A stretch of DNA of 64,000 nucleotides from positions 310,001 through 374,000 of the forward strand of contig JALMLS010000062.1 in assembly GCA_038496445.1 (NCBI GenBank), given 5' to 3'. Below are positions 63,241 through 64,000 of this stretch, piece by piece (within the stretch, counting starts at the first letter, position 1; each line of letters opens with the position of its first letter). The notes under the pieces are model-generated. The model was not told where the DNA came from and searched no databases. It saw only the letters and a list, made by a program, of their open reading frames with translations. The translations under genes were made by a program, and so were the position numbers. This DNA is from Trichosphaerium sp. ATCC 40318 (Eukaryota > Protista > Tubulinea).

Positions 63241-63954
63241 CTAGGTGTTAATAACAACCAAGAGCGTTTTCTCGTTTAAAACGTTGACATTGGCTGCTTT
63301 AAGAGCTTCTATGGCCTCTTCTGTCACTTGGTTACATTCATAGAGATTAATTGTATGTACACCTTTTAGCGCCTGTATGCCCTCGTCTGTTACATTTCTG
63401 CAATAGCTGACGTCAATGGTGTGAACCCCAGCGGCGATTGCTTTGAGCCCTTCATCTGTAACTGCAGTGAATGTTAGATCAATAGTGTGAACACCTTTTA
63501 GGGCTTTGATCCCTTCATCTGTAACTGAAGTAGTAGAAAGGTTAATTGTATGAACACCTTTCAACGCTTTAACACCTTCGTCTGTAACGGAAGTATTATA
63601 AAGATCAATGAAGTGAACACCAGCAAGCGCTTTAATACCTTCATCTGTAATGTTAGTACATAAACGAAGGCTAATTGAGTGAACGCCTTTGAGTGCTTTG
63701 AGGCCTTCATCGGTAACTGTAGTGGACTCAATATCAATAGTGCGAACTCCAGCAAGCGCTTTAAGTCCTTCGTCTGTTACCTTATCTGCATCATAAACAC
63801 TAATGGACTGAACACCCGCAGATGCAATAGCCTTTAGATCATCATCGTCCATTTTAGATGTATAGCCGTATGGTGTTCTAATGTGCTTACAACCAGCTAG
63901 TAGCGAGTGTAGATTTTCCAATTCGAGGCATATCTGGACTACGGTATTGTTCAT
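63241..63954 (-). CDS. Leucine-rich repeat protein (AMN1/F-box-LRR-like, 22-24-aa units); probably the last exon of a gene extending beyond the window
   Basis: About 8 units GVHTIxLxxTxVTDEGxKALx. The frame is open upstream to an acceptor-like TTCCAG near 63985. Confidence 0.9.
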   Translation of the reverse strand: MNNTVVQICLELENLHSLLAGCKHIRTPYGYTSKMDDDDLKAIASAGVQSISVYDADKVTDEGLKALAGVRTIDIESTTVTDEGLKALKGVHSISLRLCTNITDEGIKALAGVHFIDLYNTSVTDEGVKALKGVHTINLSTTSVTDEGIKALKGVHTIDLTFTAVTDEGLKAIAAGVHTIDVSYCRNVTDEGIQALKGVHTINLYECNQVTEEAIEALKAANVNVLNEKTLLVVINT

Positions 63955-64000
63955 GATACCCTTGTAATGTTGAATTCGTAGAATATCTGGAACACGTGAT

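Overview
AT-rich (roughly 35% GC by eye), gene-dense eukaryotic DNA with short GT-AG introns (mostly 45-100 nt, CTAAY branch points), so the six-frame ORF track shows exon fragments rather than genes. Gene content suggests a phagotrophic protist such as an amoeba, but the taxon cannot be fixed from this window. Identifiable genes: seven dispersed members of an F-box-like + MORN-variant repeat family (one frameshifted, one truncated), a yellow/MRJP-family protein, two ectodomain + 7TM receptor-like paralogs, a PX-domain protein, an MBL-fold hydrolase, a class I-type PI3-kinase, a Drosha-like double RNase III, two Reeler-domain surface proteins, a mucin-like GPI protein, an LRR protein and a triplicated small basic orphan gene. 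Repeats include a hAT-type MITE with an 8-bp TSD, a second TIR family (2 copies), a ~600-bp dispersed repeat and a perfect 32-bp inverted repeat. Most notable: (1) a Reeler protein with an internal second signal peptide that would expose the His1 of an LPMO-like domain (a candidate polyprotein); (2) a Drosha-like enzyme with a recognisable central domain; (3) the variable F-box-MORN repertoire; (4) about 10-fold enrichment of CACGTG, largely in introns and intergenic DNA; (5) a structured element with pairing-preserving substitutions upstream of each triplicated gene. All exon models are manual and all family calls come from motif recognition, not database searches.
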